A stretch of 32,000 nucleotides of DNA from Candidatus Saccharimonadota bacterium (GTDB lineage Bacteria > Pseudomonadota > Gammaproteobacteria > Enterobacterales > Enterobacteriaceae). The position numbers were made by a program, and so were the translations under genes. The notes below the pieces were generated by a model. That model was not told where the DNA came from, did no database searches, and was given only the letters and a program-made list of their open reading frames with translations. Shown piece after piece: positions 19,372 through 28,207 of the stretch. Each line of letters opens with the position of its first letter. Within the stretch, counting starts at the first letter, position 1. The stretch lies in the NCBI GenBank assembly GCA_000217635.1, contig CP001817.1, positions 120,001 to 152,000 of the forward strand, read 5' to 3'.

Positions 19372-20358
19372 ATGAAAAATTATGCATTTAATTTTAAAAA
19401 TTTTCTTATAAAAAAAGCGAGTAAAAATGTAAAAAATATAGTTATTCCAGAATGTAATAATATTAAGATCTTAAAAGCGGTTTCTATTTGTATAAATCTT
19501 AAAATATCCAGATGTATTTTATTAGGTAATCATCAAGATATTTATCAATTAGCTAATAAATATGGAATTTTACTAGATAATACTCTAATTACTATTTTAG
19601 ATCCATGTTTAATTCGGAAAAATTATATAGAATTATTTTTAAAATTATACGGAAAAAAAAATATTAATGATGATATAGCTAGTAAATTATTAGAAAATAA
19701 TATATTATTAGCTATAATGATGTTATATAAAAATGATGCAGACGGAATGGTAGCAGGGATATCTTGTTCAACTGGGTATCTTATACGATCTATATTAAGA
19801 ATATTTAAGTCTTCTATTCCAGATATATTTATATCATCAGTATTTTTTATGTTATTTCCTGATAAAGTTTTAATTTATGGCGATTGTGCTATTAATTTAG
19901 ATCCAAATACAGAGCAATTAGTAAAAATTGCGGAACAATCTTTAAAGACAGCTAAACTTGTTAAAATAGAACCTAGAATTGCTTTTTTATCATATTCTAC
20001 TCATGATTCTGGAATTGGTAGTTCGGTAGAAAAAATTAGAAAAACAACAAAATTAATGAAAATTCTTTATCCAAATTTAATAATTGACGGTCCATTACAA
20101 TATGATGCTGCTATTAATACTAAGATTGCCCGTATTAAAAGCCCAACATCTTCTATATGCGGAAGAGCAACAATATTAATTTTTCCTGATTTAAACTCTG
20201 GAAATATTACATATAAAGCGGTTCAACAATCTGCGAAAATTATCTCTATAGGTCCTATTTTACAAGGTTTATTAAAGCCCGTTAATGATTTATCTCGCGG
20301 GGCATCTGTTGATGATATAGTATATACGATAGCTGTTACCGTAATCCAAGCTCAATAG
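19372..20358 (+). CDS. pta: Phosphate acetyltransferase, catalytic C-terminal domain only (328 aa)
   Basis: This ORF aligns with approximately the C-terminal 330 residues of E. coli Pta (714 aa): SSVFFMLFPDKVLIYGDCAINLDPNTEQL, IDGPLQYDAAI, GRATILIFPDLNSGNITYKAVQ and KPVNDLSRGASVDDIVYTIAVT. There is an in-frame stop at 19354-19356, and only 220 bp separate it from ackA. Confidence 0.93.
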   Translation: MKNYAFNFKNFLIKKASKNVKNIVIPECNNIKILKAVSICINLKISRCILLGNHQDIYQLANKYGILLDNTLITILDPCLIRKNYIELFLKLYGKKNINDDIASKLLENNILLAIMMLYKNDADGMVAGISCSTGYLIRSILRIFKSSIPDIFISSVFFMLFPDKVLIYGDCAINLDPNTEQLVKIAEQSLKTAKLVKIEPRIAFLSYSTHDSGIGSSVEKIRKTTKLMKILYPNLIIDGPLQYDAAINTKIARIKSPTSSICGRATILIFPDLNSGNITYKAVQQSAKIISIGPILQGLLKPVNDLSRGASVDDIVYTIAVTVIQAQ

Positions 20359-20563
20359 AAATATAATAAAAAAAATAAATTACATGTTTTTATTATTAAA
20401 ATATTGTTTTTTATTTTTTTCAATTTTTATTTTTTATAAGTGATTAAATTAATTTAATAAAGTTTATATAAATAAATAAAGTACTTTATATTAGGAGTAT
20501 TATTATATTTATTAAAAATTATATGAATAATAATATTTATTATTTTGGTATATTTTAAATTTT

Positions 20564-23035
20564 TTATAAATATAAAGTATCGTCTTTGATTTTCTGTAAT
20601 CCTACTACTTTTTCATTTTTAGATGCTCTTATTAAAATAACTCCTTGTGTATTTCTTTTCAAAATTCCAATTTCTGAAATTCGAGTTCTTACTAATTTTC
20701 CTGCATTAGTAATCATCATGATTTGATCATCATTTTTTACTTGTAGTGCTCCGATAACAATTCCATTTTTTTTGGTAGTTTTTATTGAAATAATTCCTTT
20801 CGTAGCTCTTGATTTAATAGGAAATTGATTAATTTTAGTTTGTTTTCCGTATCCATGCTCCGTTACTATGAGAATATTATCTTTTTTATTTGGTACTAAT
20901 AATGAAACCACTTTATCTTTTTCTGATATTTTCATACCTTTAATTCCTGAAGCCATACGTCCCATATTTCTAATTGTTTTTTCAGAGAAATGTACTATTT
21001 TTCCGTTAGATGAAAATAACATGATTGTATCGTGCCCATTAGTTAATGATACTCCAATAAGTTTATCATTTTTTCTTAAATTAATAGCATAATACCAGAA
21101 TTTCTTGGTTTTTTGAAATTTATTTAATGATGTTTTTTTAACAAATCCATGAGCAGTAGCCATAAAGATATTAATTGATGATTTATATTTCGTAATTGGT
21201 AAAATTGTTGTAATACGTTCTCTAGATGTTAGAGGTAAAATATTAACAATTGGTCTTCCACGTGTATGACGACTTTTTTCAGGTAATTGGTATACTTTCA
21301 TCCAATATAAAATACCTCTGCTAGAGAAACATAATATTGTATCATGTGAATTTGCTACTAATAAATTTTCAATATAGTCCTTTTCTTTGGTTTTTGCTGC
21401 TGATTTTCCTTTCCCCCCTCTTTTTTGTGCATTATAATCTGAAATTGGTTGGTATTTTACATATCCGGAGTGAGATAAAGTTACTACGACAGTTTCTTTT
21501 GTTATAAGATCTTCCAAATTAATTTTTGAGCTTTTATTGATTATTTTTGTTCTACGAGGATCAGAAAAATTTTTTTTAATATCTATTAGCTCATTTTTAA
21601 TAATTTTCATCATTTTTTTAGGAGATGATAAGATCTCTTTTAGATGATTAATTTCTTGATGAAGAATCATAGATTCTTGTTCAATTTTGTAAGTTTCTAG
21701 CGATGTTAATTTATTTAATCGAATATCTAAAATAGCATTAGCTTGAGTTTTGCTGAATTTTATTCTTTTTCCTTTTTTTATTCTTAGTGATCCAATTTTT
21801 TTTTCTAAAAAAATTTTTGCAGATTTACTGTTTTCTGAATTTTTAATAATTTGAATAATTTGATCAATATTTTCTAAGGCAATAGAAAATCCTTGTAATA
21901 AATGTATTCTTTTTTTAGATTTTTTTAATTCAAAAATACAGCGACGAGTTACAATATCTATTCTATGTTGAATAAATGCTTTTATTATGCCTTTTAATGT
22001 CATAGTTTTTGGTTGGCCTGAAGACAAAGCAACCATATTAAATCCGAATGATATTTGCAATGATGTTAAAGTATAAAGTTGGTTCAATACAATTTTTGTT
22101 ATAAATTCTTTTTTTATTTCAATAAGAATACGCATGCCATCTTGATCAGATTCATCACGTATAGCTGAGATTCCATCAATTTTTTTATCCTTAATAAGTA
22201 AGGCAATTTTTTCAATTAACTTAGCTTTGTTTACTTGATAAGGTAGTTCATGAATAATAATTGCTTCTCTTTTATTTTTTTTGTTTACTTCTATAGTATA
22301 TTTAGATCGAATTGAAATTTTTCCTTTTCCTGTACGATATGCCTCTTCTATACCTAATTGATTATTAATAATTCCTGCGGTAGGAAAATCTGGACCTGGA
22401 ATATAAGACATTAGGTTTTTTAAAGAAATATTATGATCATCTATATATGCAAGGCATCCGTTAATCACTTCGTGCAAGTTATGAGGAGGAATATTCGTTG
22501 CCATACCTACTGCGATTCCCGATGATCCATTAATTAATAGATTTGGTATTTTGGCAGGTAATATTTCTGGTATTTTTTCTGTTCCGTCATAGTTTAATAC
22601 ATAATTTGTTGTGTCTTTTTCTAAGTCTATCAACATTTCTTGGGCAATTTTAGACATACGTATTTCAGTATATCTCATAGCAGCTGCTGAATCCCCGTCA
22701 ATTGATCCAAAATTTCCTTGTCCATCAATTAATGTATATCGTAAAGAAAATGATTGAGCCATACGAACGATCGCGTCGTATACAGCTGTGTCACCGTGCG
22801 GATGATATTTACCGATAACATCTCCAACGATTCTTGCAGACTTTTTATAGGGTTTATTCCATTCATTATGAAGAATATTCATAGCAAAAAGTATTCTTCG
22901 GTGTACGGGTTTTAATCCATCACGTACGTCAGGTAGAGCTCGACCAATTATAACAGACATAGAATAATCTAAATAAGATTTTTTTAACTCTTCTTCGATA
23001 TTGACCTGTGTGATATTTGCTTCAAGGTCTTTCAT
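20564..23035 (-). CDS. gyrA: DNA gyrase subunit A
   Basis: The 823-aa ORF contains [57 protein letters not shown], the active-site region AAMRYTEIR, and the GyrA box QKRGGKG. Confidence 0.97.
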   Translation of the reverse strand: MKDLEANITQVNIEEELKKSYLDYSMSVIIGRALPDVRDGLKPVHRRILFAMNILHNEWNKPYKKSARIVGDVIGKYHPHGDTAVYDAIVRMAQSFSLRYTLIDGQGNFGSIDGDSAAAMRYTEIRMSKIAQEMLIDLEKDTTNYVLNYDGTEKIPEILPAKIPNLLINGSSGIAVGMATNIPPHNLHEVINGCLAYIDDHNISLKNLMSYIPGPDFPTAGIINNQLGIEEAYRTGKGKISIRSKYTIEVNKKNKREAIIIHELPYQVNKAKLIEKIALLIKDKKIDGISAIRDESDQDGMRILIEIKKEFITKIVLNQLYTLTSLQISFGFNMVALSSGQPKTMTLKGIIKAFIQHRIDIVTRRCIFELKKSKKRIHLLQGFSIALENIDQIIQIIKNSENSKSAKIFLEKKIGSLRIKKGKRIKFSKTQANAILDIRLNKLTSLETYKIEQESMILHQEINHLKEILSSPKKMMKIIKNELIDIKKNFSDPRRTKIINKSSKINLEDLITKETVVVTLSHSGYVKYQPISDYNAQKRGGKGKSAAKTKEKDYIENLLVANSHDTILCFSSRGILYWMKVYQLPEKSRHTRGRPIVNILPLTSRERITTILPITKYKSSINIFMATAHGFVKKTSLNKFQKTKKFWYYAINLRKNDKLIGVSLTNGHDTIMLFSSNGKIVHFSEKTIRNMGRMASGIKGMKISEKDKVVSLLVPNKKDNILIVTEHGYGKQTKINQFPIKSRATKGIISIKTTKKNGIVIGALQVKNDDQIMMITNAGKLVRTRISEIGILKRNTQGVILIRASKNEKVVGLQKIKDDTLYL

Positions 23036-23197
23036 GAATTTTTATCTCAAAAATATATGTTTACGTTAAAAGTTAATTTAATTATATCATAAATTTATCA
23101 TACAATAGTTAAAAATTTTAAAGGTAGTATAGGTATATTTTTATAATTTTTTTAATTTTACAAAGATATCATATATTTTTTATAAATTTATTTATTT

Positions 23198-23227
23198 AAA
23201 ACCAGTTTAAATCGTATAACTGGTTTT
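23198..23227 (-). terminator. Stem-loop downstream of ahpC (possible terminator)
   Basis: AAAACCAGTT (23198-23207) and AACTGGTTTT (23218-23227) are exact reverse complements with a 10-nt loop. On the minus-strand RNA the 3' arm ends in UUUU. The hairpin lies 56 nt past the ahpC stop and upstream of the gyrA start. Confidence 0.45.
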
Positions 23228-23282
23228 AAAAATATTATTGTGAAAAATTTTTATATATTAATGAATTATAAATTTATTTTTT

Positions 23283-23885
23283 TTAAATGTTATTAAAATT
23301 TTCTGCTAAGTATTGTTTTGTTCCTTCGGGAGACGGGTGCATTCCTTTCTTTCCGATATTCCAATTCGCTGGACAAACATCTCCGAATCTTTCATGAAAT
23401 TGTAATGCATCAATGATACGTAAAATTTCAGGAATATTACGGCCAATTGGTAAATCATTTACAGATTCATATCGAATAATTCTTTTTTCATCAATGATAA
23501 AAGATGCTCTTAAAGCGACTTTTAATGTAGGATGTTCAATATTATAAAATGTTTGTATTTCTTTAGAAAAATCAGAAATCATAGGAAATTTCATACTTCC
23601 AATTCCGCCTTGATTAATATCAGTATTTCTCCAGGCATTATGCGCATATACTGAATCTACTGATATACCAATAATTGATATGTTTCTTTTTTTAAATTCT
23701 TTGTATGCATAATTTAATTCAATTAATTCTGTAGGACAAACAAATGTAAAATCCATTGGCCAAAAAAATAACATTATTTTTTGTCCATTAGTGTATTCAT
23801 ATAAATTAAAATTACTAATGATTTTTCCATCAGGTAAGATAGCAGGAGAAATAAAATTTTTAGCTTTTTGTGATACTAATGTCAT
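23283..23885 (-). CDS. ahpC: Typical 2-Cys peroxiredoxin (AhpC/Prx1 family)
   Basis: The 200-aa ORF has the peroxidatic Cys motif FTFVCPTE and the resolving Cys in GDVCPANW. No ahpF is adjacent. Confidence 0.92.
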   Translation of the reverse strand: MTLVSQKAKNFISPAILPDGKIISNFNLYEYTNGQKIMLFFWPMDFTFVCPTELIELNYAYKEFKKRNISIIGISVDSVYAHNAWRNTDINQGGIGSMKFPMISDFSKEIQTFYNIEHPTLKVALRASFIIDEKRIIRYESVNDLPIGRNIPEILRIIDALQFHERFGDVCPANWNIGKKGMHPSPEGTKQYLAENFNNI

Positions 23886-24058
23886 ATTATATCCTTAAGA
23901 ATATTATTGATATTTTTTTTAAAATATATAGATAAATCATAGATTGTGATAATATTATAATATTTATTATTTTGATATATTAGCAATAGTATTGTTTTTT
24001 ATATTTTTTACAAAATTAATTAATTATTTTTACAAATATTATTATAGGATATTTTATC

Positions 24059-24739
24059 ATGAAGACGAACTATGTTCAATGGACGGATTTACTGAGAATA
24101 GAAAAAAAAAAAAAAAATTTTATTAACTTATTTCATCGATTACAACAAGAAAGAAGAAATAAAATTATTTATCCGCATAATAAATTGATTTTTAATGCAT
24201 TTTTTATGACACCGTTTAATAAAATTAAAGTAGTAATTTTAGGGCAAGATCCATATTGTTTAGAAAATCAAGCAACCGGATTAGCATTTTCGGTATTTAA
24301 AAACACTAAGATTCCGCCATCATTAAAAAATATTTTTATAGAATTAAAAAATAATTTCAATTGTCCTAATAAAAAAATGCACGGATCTTTAGATTCTTGG
24401 GCTGTACAAGGAGTTTTTTTATTAAATACTATTTTAACTGTTACTAAAGGTTTACCAGGATCTCATAAAAATTATGGTTGGGAGTTATTTACTGATCGGA
24501 TTATAAAATATATTAATCATTTTTGTATTGGAATAATTTTTTTATTATGGGGATCGATTGCTCGTAAAAAAAAAAATATTATAGATTCTAATAAACATAT
24601 AATTTTAGAAGCATCGCATCCATCACCACTTTCTTCTTATCGTGGATTTTTTGGATGCCAACATTTTTTAAAAACAAATAATTTTTTAAAAAAACAAGGT
24701 AAAAGTCCAATTGATTGGTTTAAAAATATCACAATATAG
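24059..24739 (+). CDS. ung: Uracil-DNA glycosylase
   Basis: The 226-aa ORF contains ILGQDPY, GLAFSV, PPSL, GVFLLNTILTV and HPSPLS, colinear with E. coli Ung (229 aa). It carries in-frame A16 and A11 tracts. Confidence 0.95.
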   Translation: MKTNYVQWTDLLRIEKKKKNFINLFHRLQQERRNKIIYPHNKLIFNAFFMTPFNKIKVVILGQDPYCLENQATGLAFSVFKNTKIPPSLKNIFIELKNNFNCPNKKMHGSLDSWAVQGVFLLNTILTVTKGLPGSHKNYGWELFTDRIIKYINHFCIGIIFLLWGSIARKKKNIIDSNKHIILEASHPSPLSSYRGFFGCQHFLKTNNFLKKQGKSPIDWFKNITI

Positions 24740-24750
24740 AATTTTTTATT

Positions 24751-25301
24751 TTATATTTCTACTATTGCTTTTTGTAATATCAGGTCATTAATTTTATATC
24801 CAGACTGAATAATATTGCTTATGTTGTTTTTCTTTTCAGTAAGATTACTATTTTTAGTGTTTAAGATATGAATTTTTTTATTAAATGGTTGGTTAATCTT
24901 ATTTATTTTTTTAATATTCCAATTATCTAATATTTTTTTAAATTCTTTTTTTGTGAGTCTAATCCCTTCAATTATAGGATGATCGGATTAATTTTAATTT
25001 TTATTTTTTTTATTAATATAATTAATAGAATTAATAATAGGTATTATTTAGTTTAAAAAATTTTTCAGTAAATTTCTTTTTTATTTTTTTTATATTGTTT
25101 GTATTTTCTTTTTTTATATTTTCTATTTTCGCGATATGTCTTAAATAGTTATCCCGTACTTTTTTTATTTAGGAGGCATTATTTTTTGTTTTATTTCTTG
25201 TATTTTTTCTATAGTTAGTTTTTTTGGTAATAATCTTATTTTTTTATTATTAGTACTATTTTTAATATTTTTTTTATTTCATCGGTTTTATTTTGTGTCA
25301 T
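24751..25301 (-). pseudogene. grpE: Degraded grpE (DnaK nucleotide-exchange factor) remnant
   Basis: I translated the minus strand manually. It gives MTQNKTDEIKKILKIVLIIKK*, then after a shift KKIRLLPKKLTIEKIQEIKQKIMPPK*, then after a shift VRDNYLRHIAKIENIKKENTNNIKKIKKKFTEKFFKLNNTYY*, then after a shift IIPIINSINYINKKNKN*N*SDHPIIEGIRLTKKEFKKILDNWNIKKINKINQPFNKKIHILNTKNSNLTEKKNNISNIIQSGYKINDLILQKAIVEI*. These pieces are colinear with E. coli GrpE (RDGILRVKAEMENLRRR..EKF..LLPVIDSL..MVEGIELT..MQKGYTLNGRTIRAAMV). There are at least 3 frameshifts plus 2 in-frame stops, and no ORF appears in the track. Confidence 0.85.
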
Positions 25302-25706
25302 TTTTTTCTCACATGTTTATATAAAAATTTTTTATTTATTAATTATTAATGTTAAGATTTAATAATAAATATTAATTGATATAATAATAGTTATTATTTT
25401 AATTTTAATTTTTTTATATATTTTTATATTTTATTAATTATTTTAAAAATATAAAGATTTTTCCTTAATAAGAAATTATTATTAATAATATAATAAATAA
25501 AAAATATTTATTAGAAAATATTGTTATTAGTGCAATTTAGATAATTAGGTATTATTATATTTTGGTGTAGTGTAGAATGTAAATTTTGATTATTTTTTTA
25601 TATGAATGATAAATAATAAAAATATTATCGTATATTATAATAAAATCTTATTTTTATAACTTATATAGATTTCGAAATATATTTGAGTATTAGATATAAA
25701 TTTTTT

Positions 25707-26090
25707 TGGAGTTGGCGGGATTCGAACCCGCGTCCAAAATAATTACAACTAATTATCTACATGTTTAGTTTATTTTTTTATTTCTTATATTAATATTCTA
25801 TAAACATAATATTAAGTTATTATCTTGATTATAAATTTTATAATATCTAATCTTCAAGATAGATTTTTAGATACTAGTTTTTGTTTTTATATGACCTTTC
25901 TAAGCATTTCTTTTTCTATACAAAAACATAAAATAGAATTAGAAGAAAGGGCTTTACAGCAGGTTTTTAAGCTGCTAAAGCGTAGTTATTTTGTTTTGCA
26001 GTTATATTTTTTGGTTTTTTAACGAGGCAAACCAATCCTCGACATGCACAATTAGTTTTCATATATTTTGTCAAATCCATAATCAACCCC
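25707..26090 (-). ncRNA. ssrA: tmRNA (SsrA), tag reading frame AKQNNYALAA-stop
   Basis: The 5' end on the minus strand is GGGGTTGATTATGGATTTGAC. The 3' end is GGACGCGGGTTCGAATCCCGCCAACTCCA, a tRNA-Ala-like T-arm and acceptor stem with the G3:U70 pair retained. An internal stretch, GCATGTCGAGGATTGGTTTGCCTCGTTAAAAAACC...ACTGCAAAACAAAATAACTACGCTTTAGCAGCTTAA (tag ORF 25967-25999), parallels E. coli ssrA. Confidence 0.93.
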
Positions 26091-26299
26091 AAAATTTCTT
26101 TTTTATTGTAATATAAAATAAATATTTAAACAATATTTTTATTCATTAAATGTTATTAAGATTTTAATTATTTTTAATAATAATAATTTTTATTTCTTAA
26201 AAATAGTTAAAACTATTAAAATATTTAATAAATTAAAAATAACAAAAATTATCTAAAATATTATTTAAAAATACAATTTTTATTGTGGAGCTTTTAAAC

Positions 26300-26668
26300 A
26301 TGAATAAAACCATTAAAATTATAGAAGAGCAATTAAAAAATAATAAAATTATTATTTATATGAAAGGTTCTCCTTCTTGTCCTAGTTGTGGTTTTTCAGC
26401 GCAAGCTATTAATGCATTAAATTTATGCGGCATTCATTATGCATATATTGATATTTTAAAATTTCCTGCAATTCGAAAAGCTTTGCCGCAGTATTCAAAT
26501 TGGCCTACTTTTCCTCAATTATGGGTAAATAATGAATTAATTGGAGGATGCGACATTATTTTAGAAATGTTACACAATGGTGATTTATTAAAACTTGCAT
26601 CGGATAATAAAAAATATGTTAACATTATTAATCTGTTTATTTTTATAATATTATTTAAAATTATATAA
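26300..26668 (+). CDS. grxD: Monothiol (CGFS-type) glutaredoxin 4
   Basis: MNKTIKIIEEQLKNNKIIIYMKGSP..PSCGFSAQA...NWPTFPQLWVNNELIGGCDII is colinear with E. coli GrxD. ATG 26300 lies 9 nt after GGAG and is preferred to the tracked GTG 26285. Confidence 0.92.
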   Translation: MNKTIKIIEEQLKNNKIIIYMKGSPSCPSCGFSAQAINALNLCGIHYAYIDILKFPAIRKALPQYSNWPTFPQLWVNNELIGGCDIILEMLHNGDLLKLASDNKKYVNIINLFIFIILFKII

Positions 26669-26699
26669 GTGTTTCATTACATTTAATATTATTTTTATT

Positions 26700-27374
26700 T
26701 TAATTAGTATTTGTTTTATATTTTTTATAATTTAAAAGGCTAGGCGGCCATCCACCTAGCCGTTTCCAACGATTTACAAGTTCGCAAAATAAATAGGCTG
26801 TTTGTTTTGTATCATATAACGCAGAATGAGCTTGAGTGGTATCAAATGGAATTCCGGCAATTTTGCATGCTTTTGCTAGTACCGTTTGTCCTAAAATTAA
26901 TCCACTTAGTGCTGCTGTATCTAGTGTTGTAAAAGGGTGAAATGGATTTTTTTTTATTCCTGCTCGATGAGAAGCTGCCATTAAAAATGCATGGTCAAAA
27001 TTAGCATTATGAGCAACAATTATTCCTTTTTTACATTTGTTAAGTGTTATTTTTTTTCTTACTAAAGTAAATATTTTTTCTAAGGCTTCATATTCGCTAA
27101 CTGCTCCTCTTAATGGGTTAAATGGATCAATTTTATTAAAAGCTACGGATTCAGCTTTAATAATTGAACCTTTAAAAGGTATAATATGAAAATGTAACAT
27201 ATCATCTATTTTTAACCATCCTAGTTCATTCATTTTTAAAGTTATGATAGCTATTTCTAATAATGCATCAGTTTTAGGATGAAATCCTGCACTTTCTATA
27301 TCTATTACAACAGGATAAAAACCTCTAAATCGATAATTTAATAGACAATGTAATATTGTGTGGTGTATAGACAT
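26700..27374 (-). CDS. rnt: Ribonuclease T
   Basis: The 224-aa ORF contains [52 protein letters not shown] and [13 protein letters not shown], colinear with E. coli RNase T. Confidence 0.95.
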   Translation of the reverse strand: MSIHHTILHCLLNYRFRGFYPVVIDIESAGFHPKTDALLEIAIITLKMNELGWLKIDDMLHFHIIPFKGSIIKAESVAFNKIDPFNPLRGAVSEYEALEKIFTLVRKKITLNKCKKGIIVAHNANFDHAFLMAASHRAGIKKNPFHPFTTLDTAALSGLILGQTVLAKACKIAGIPFDTTQAHSALYDTKQTAYLFCELVNRWKRLGGWPPSLLNYKKYKTNTN

Positions 27375-27563
27375 ATGGATCTCATTGTTAAGTTTTAATA
27401 ATTAAATAAAGTATATAAAAAATTTTTTATTTAATAATTGAATGTATTTTATAAAATTAAATAAAATTTATTTTACAGATATATATTTTTTATATCAATA
27501 ATTGTTTCTATTCAAAAATATGTAATTTTTTTTATTAAGCTTTATCGTTTTTATTAAAGAGGA

Positions 27564-28145
27564 TTGATATTGAAAATTGTTAAATTAATTGTAGGTTTAG
27601 GAAATCCATATAAGAAGTTTTATCATACCCGTCATAATATTGGTATGTGGTTCGTACAAATATTAGCGAATTATTTTCAAGTAACATTAAAAGAAAAAAA
27701 AAAATTTTCAGGTAAAGTATCTAATATTATTATAGATAATCAAAAAATTTATCTTTTTCAGCCAGAAATTTTTATGAATCTATCTGGATCGCTTGTTTTA
27801 AATATTGCTTCATATTATAAAATTAATTTATCTGAAATTTTAATTATAAGAGATGAACTTGATTTAATTCCCGGTGTTTTAAAAATTATATATAGTTCTA
27901 AACATAATGGACATAATGGTATAAGAAGTATTATTTCTTGTTTTAAGGAAAAATCTGTTTTTATGCAATTATGTATAGGAATTGGTAGGCCGAAGTTAAA
28001 ACGGAAAATTGTAGAATTTGTTTTGAATTCTCCTAATTCTATTGAAAAAAAATTAATTCAACAAATTATTACTAATTTTATTTATCAAAATACTAATTTT
28101 TTAAAAAATATTAGTCTTTTCTTTGGAAAAAAATTTTATTTATAA
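27564..28145 (+). CDS. pth: Peptidyl-tRNA hydrolase
   Basis: Motifs present: KLIVGLGNP, TRHNIG, FMNLSG, DELDL, HNGHNGIRS and IGIGRP. The start is non-ATG. The tracked start is TTG 27564, but TTG 27570 (6 nt after AAGAGGA, giving MKIVKLIVGLGNP) is at least as likely. Confidence 0.9.
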   Translation: MILKIVKLIVGLGNPYKKFYHTRHNIGMWFVQILANYFQVTLKEKKKFSGKVSNIIIDNQKIYLFQPEIFMNLSGSLVLNIASYYKINLSEILIIRDELDLIPGVLKIIYSSKHNGHNGIRSIISCFKEKSVFMQLCIGIGRPKLKRKIVEFVLNSPNSIEKKLIQQIITNFIYQNTNFLKNISLFFGKKFYL

Positions 28146-28207
28146 AATTAATTGTATAATTTTTTTAGATATTTTAAATTATTTTTCTTATATATATAAG
28201 GGTTTAT

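Noticed and set aside
20476-20489. A 14-bp palindrome ATAAAGTACTTTAT in the pta/gyrA convergent spacer, considered as a possible terminator.
   Set aside because: It has no loop, only two G/C pairs and no adjacent T tract, so it is within chance expectation for this composition.
22787-22789. GyrA residue 83 is Thr ([10 protein letters not shown]) rather than Ser, at the quinolone-resistance hotspot.
   Set aside because: Thr occurs naturally at this position in many bacteria. It is a conservative change with no selective context in an obligate endosymbiont.
25302-25706. The 405-bp gap between the grpE remnant and ssrA, considered as a possible relic of genes found in this neighbourhood in E. 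coli (nadK, recN, bamE, smpB).
   Set aside because: I scanned it by eye in all frames and recognised no conserved peptide stretch. It would need a sensitive profile search.
25825-26022. A 65-aa tracked ORF on the + strand.
   Set aside because: It lies antisense to and fully inside the ssrA (tmRNA) gene, so it is a by-product of the structured RNA sequence.
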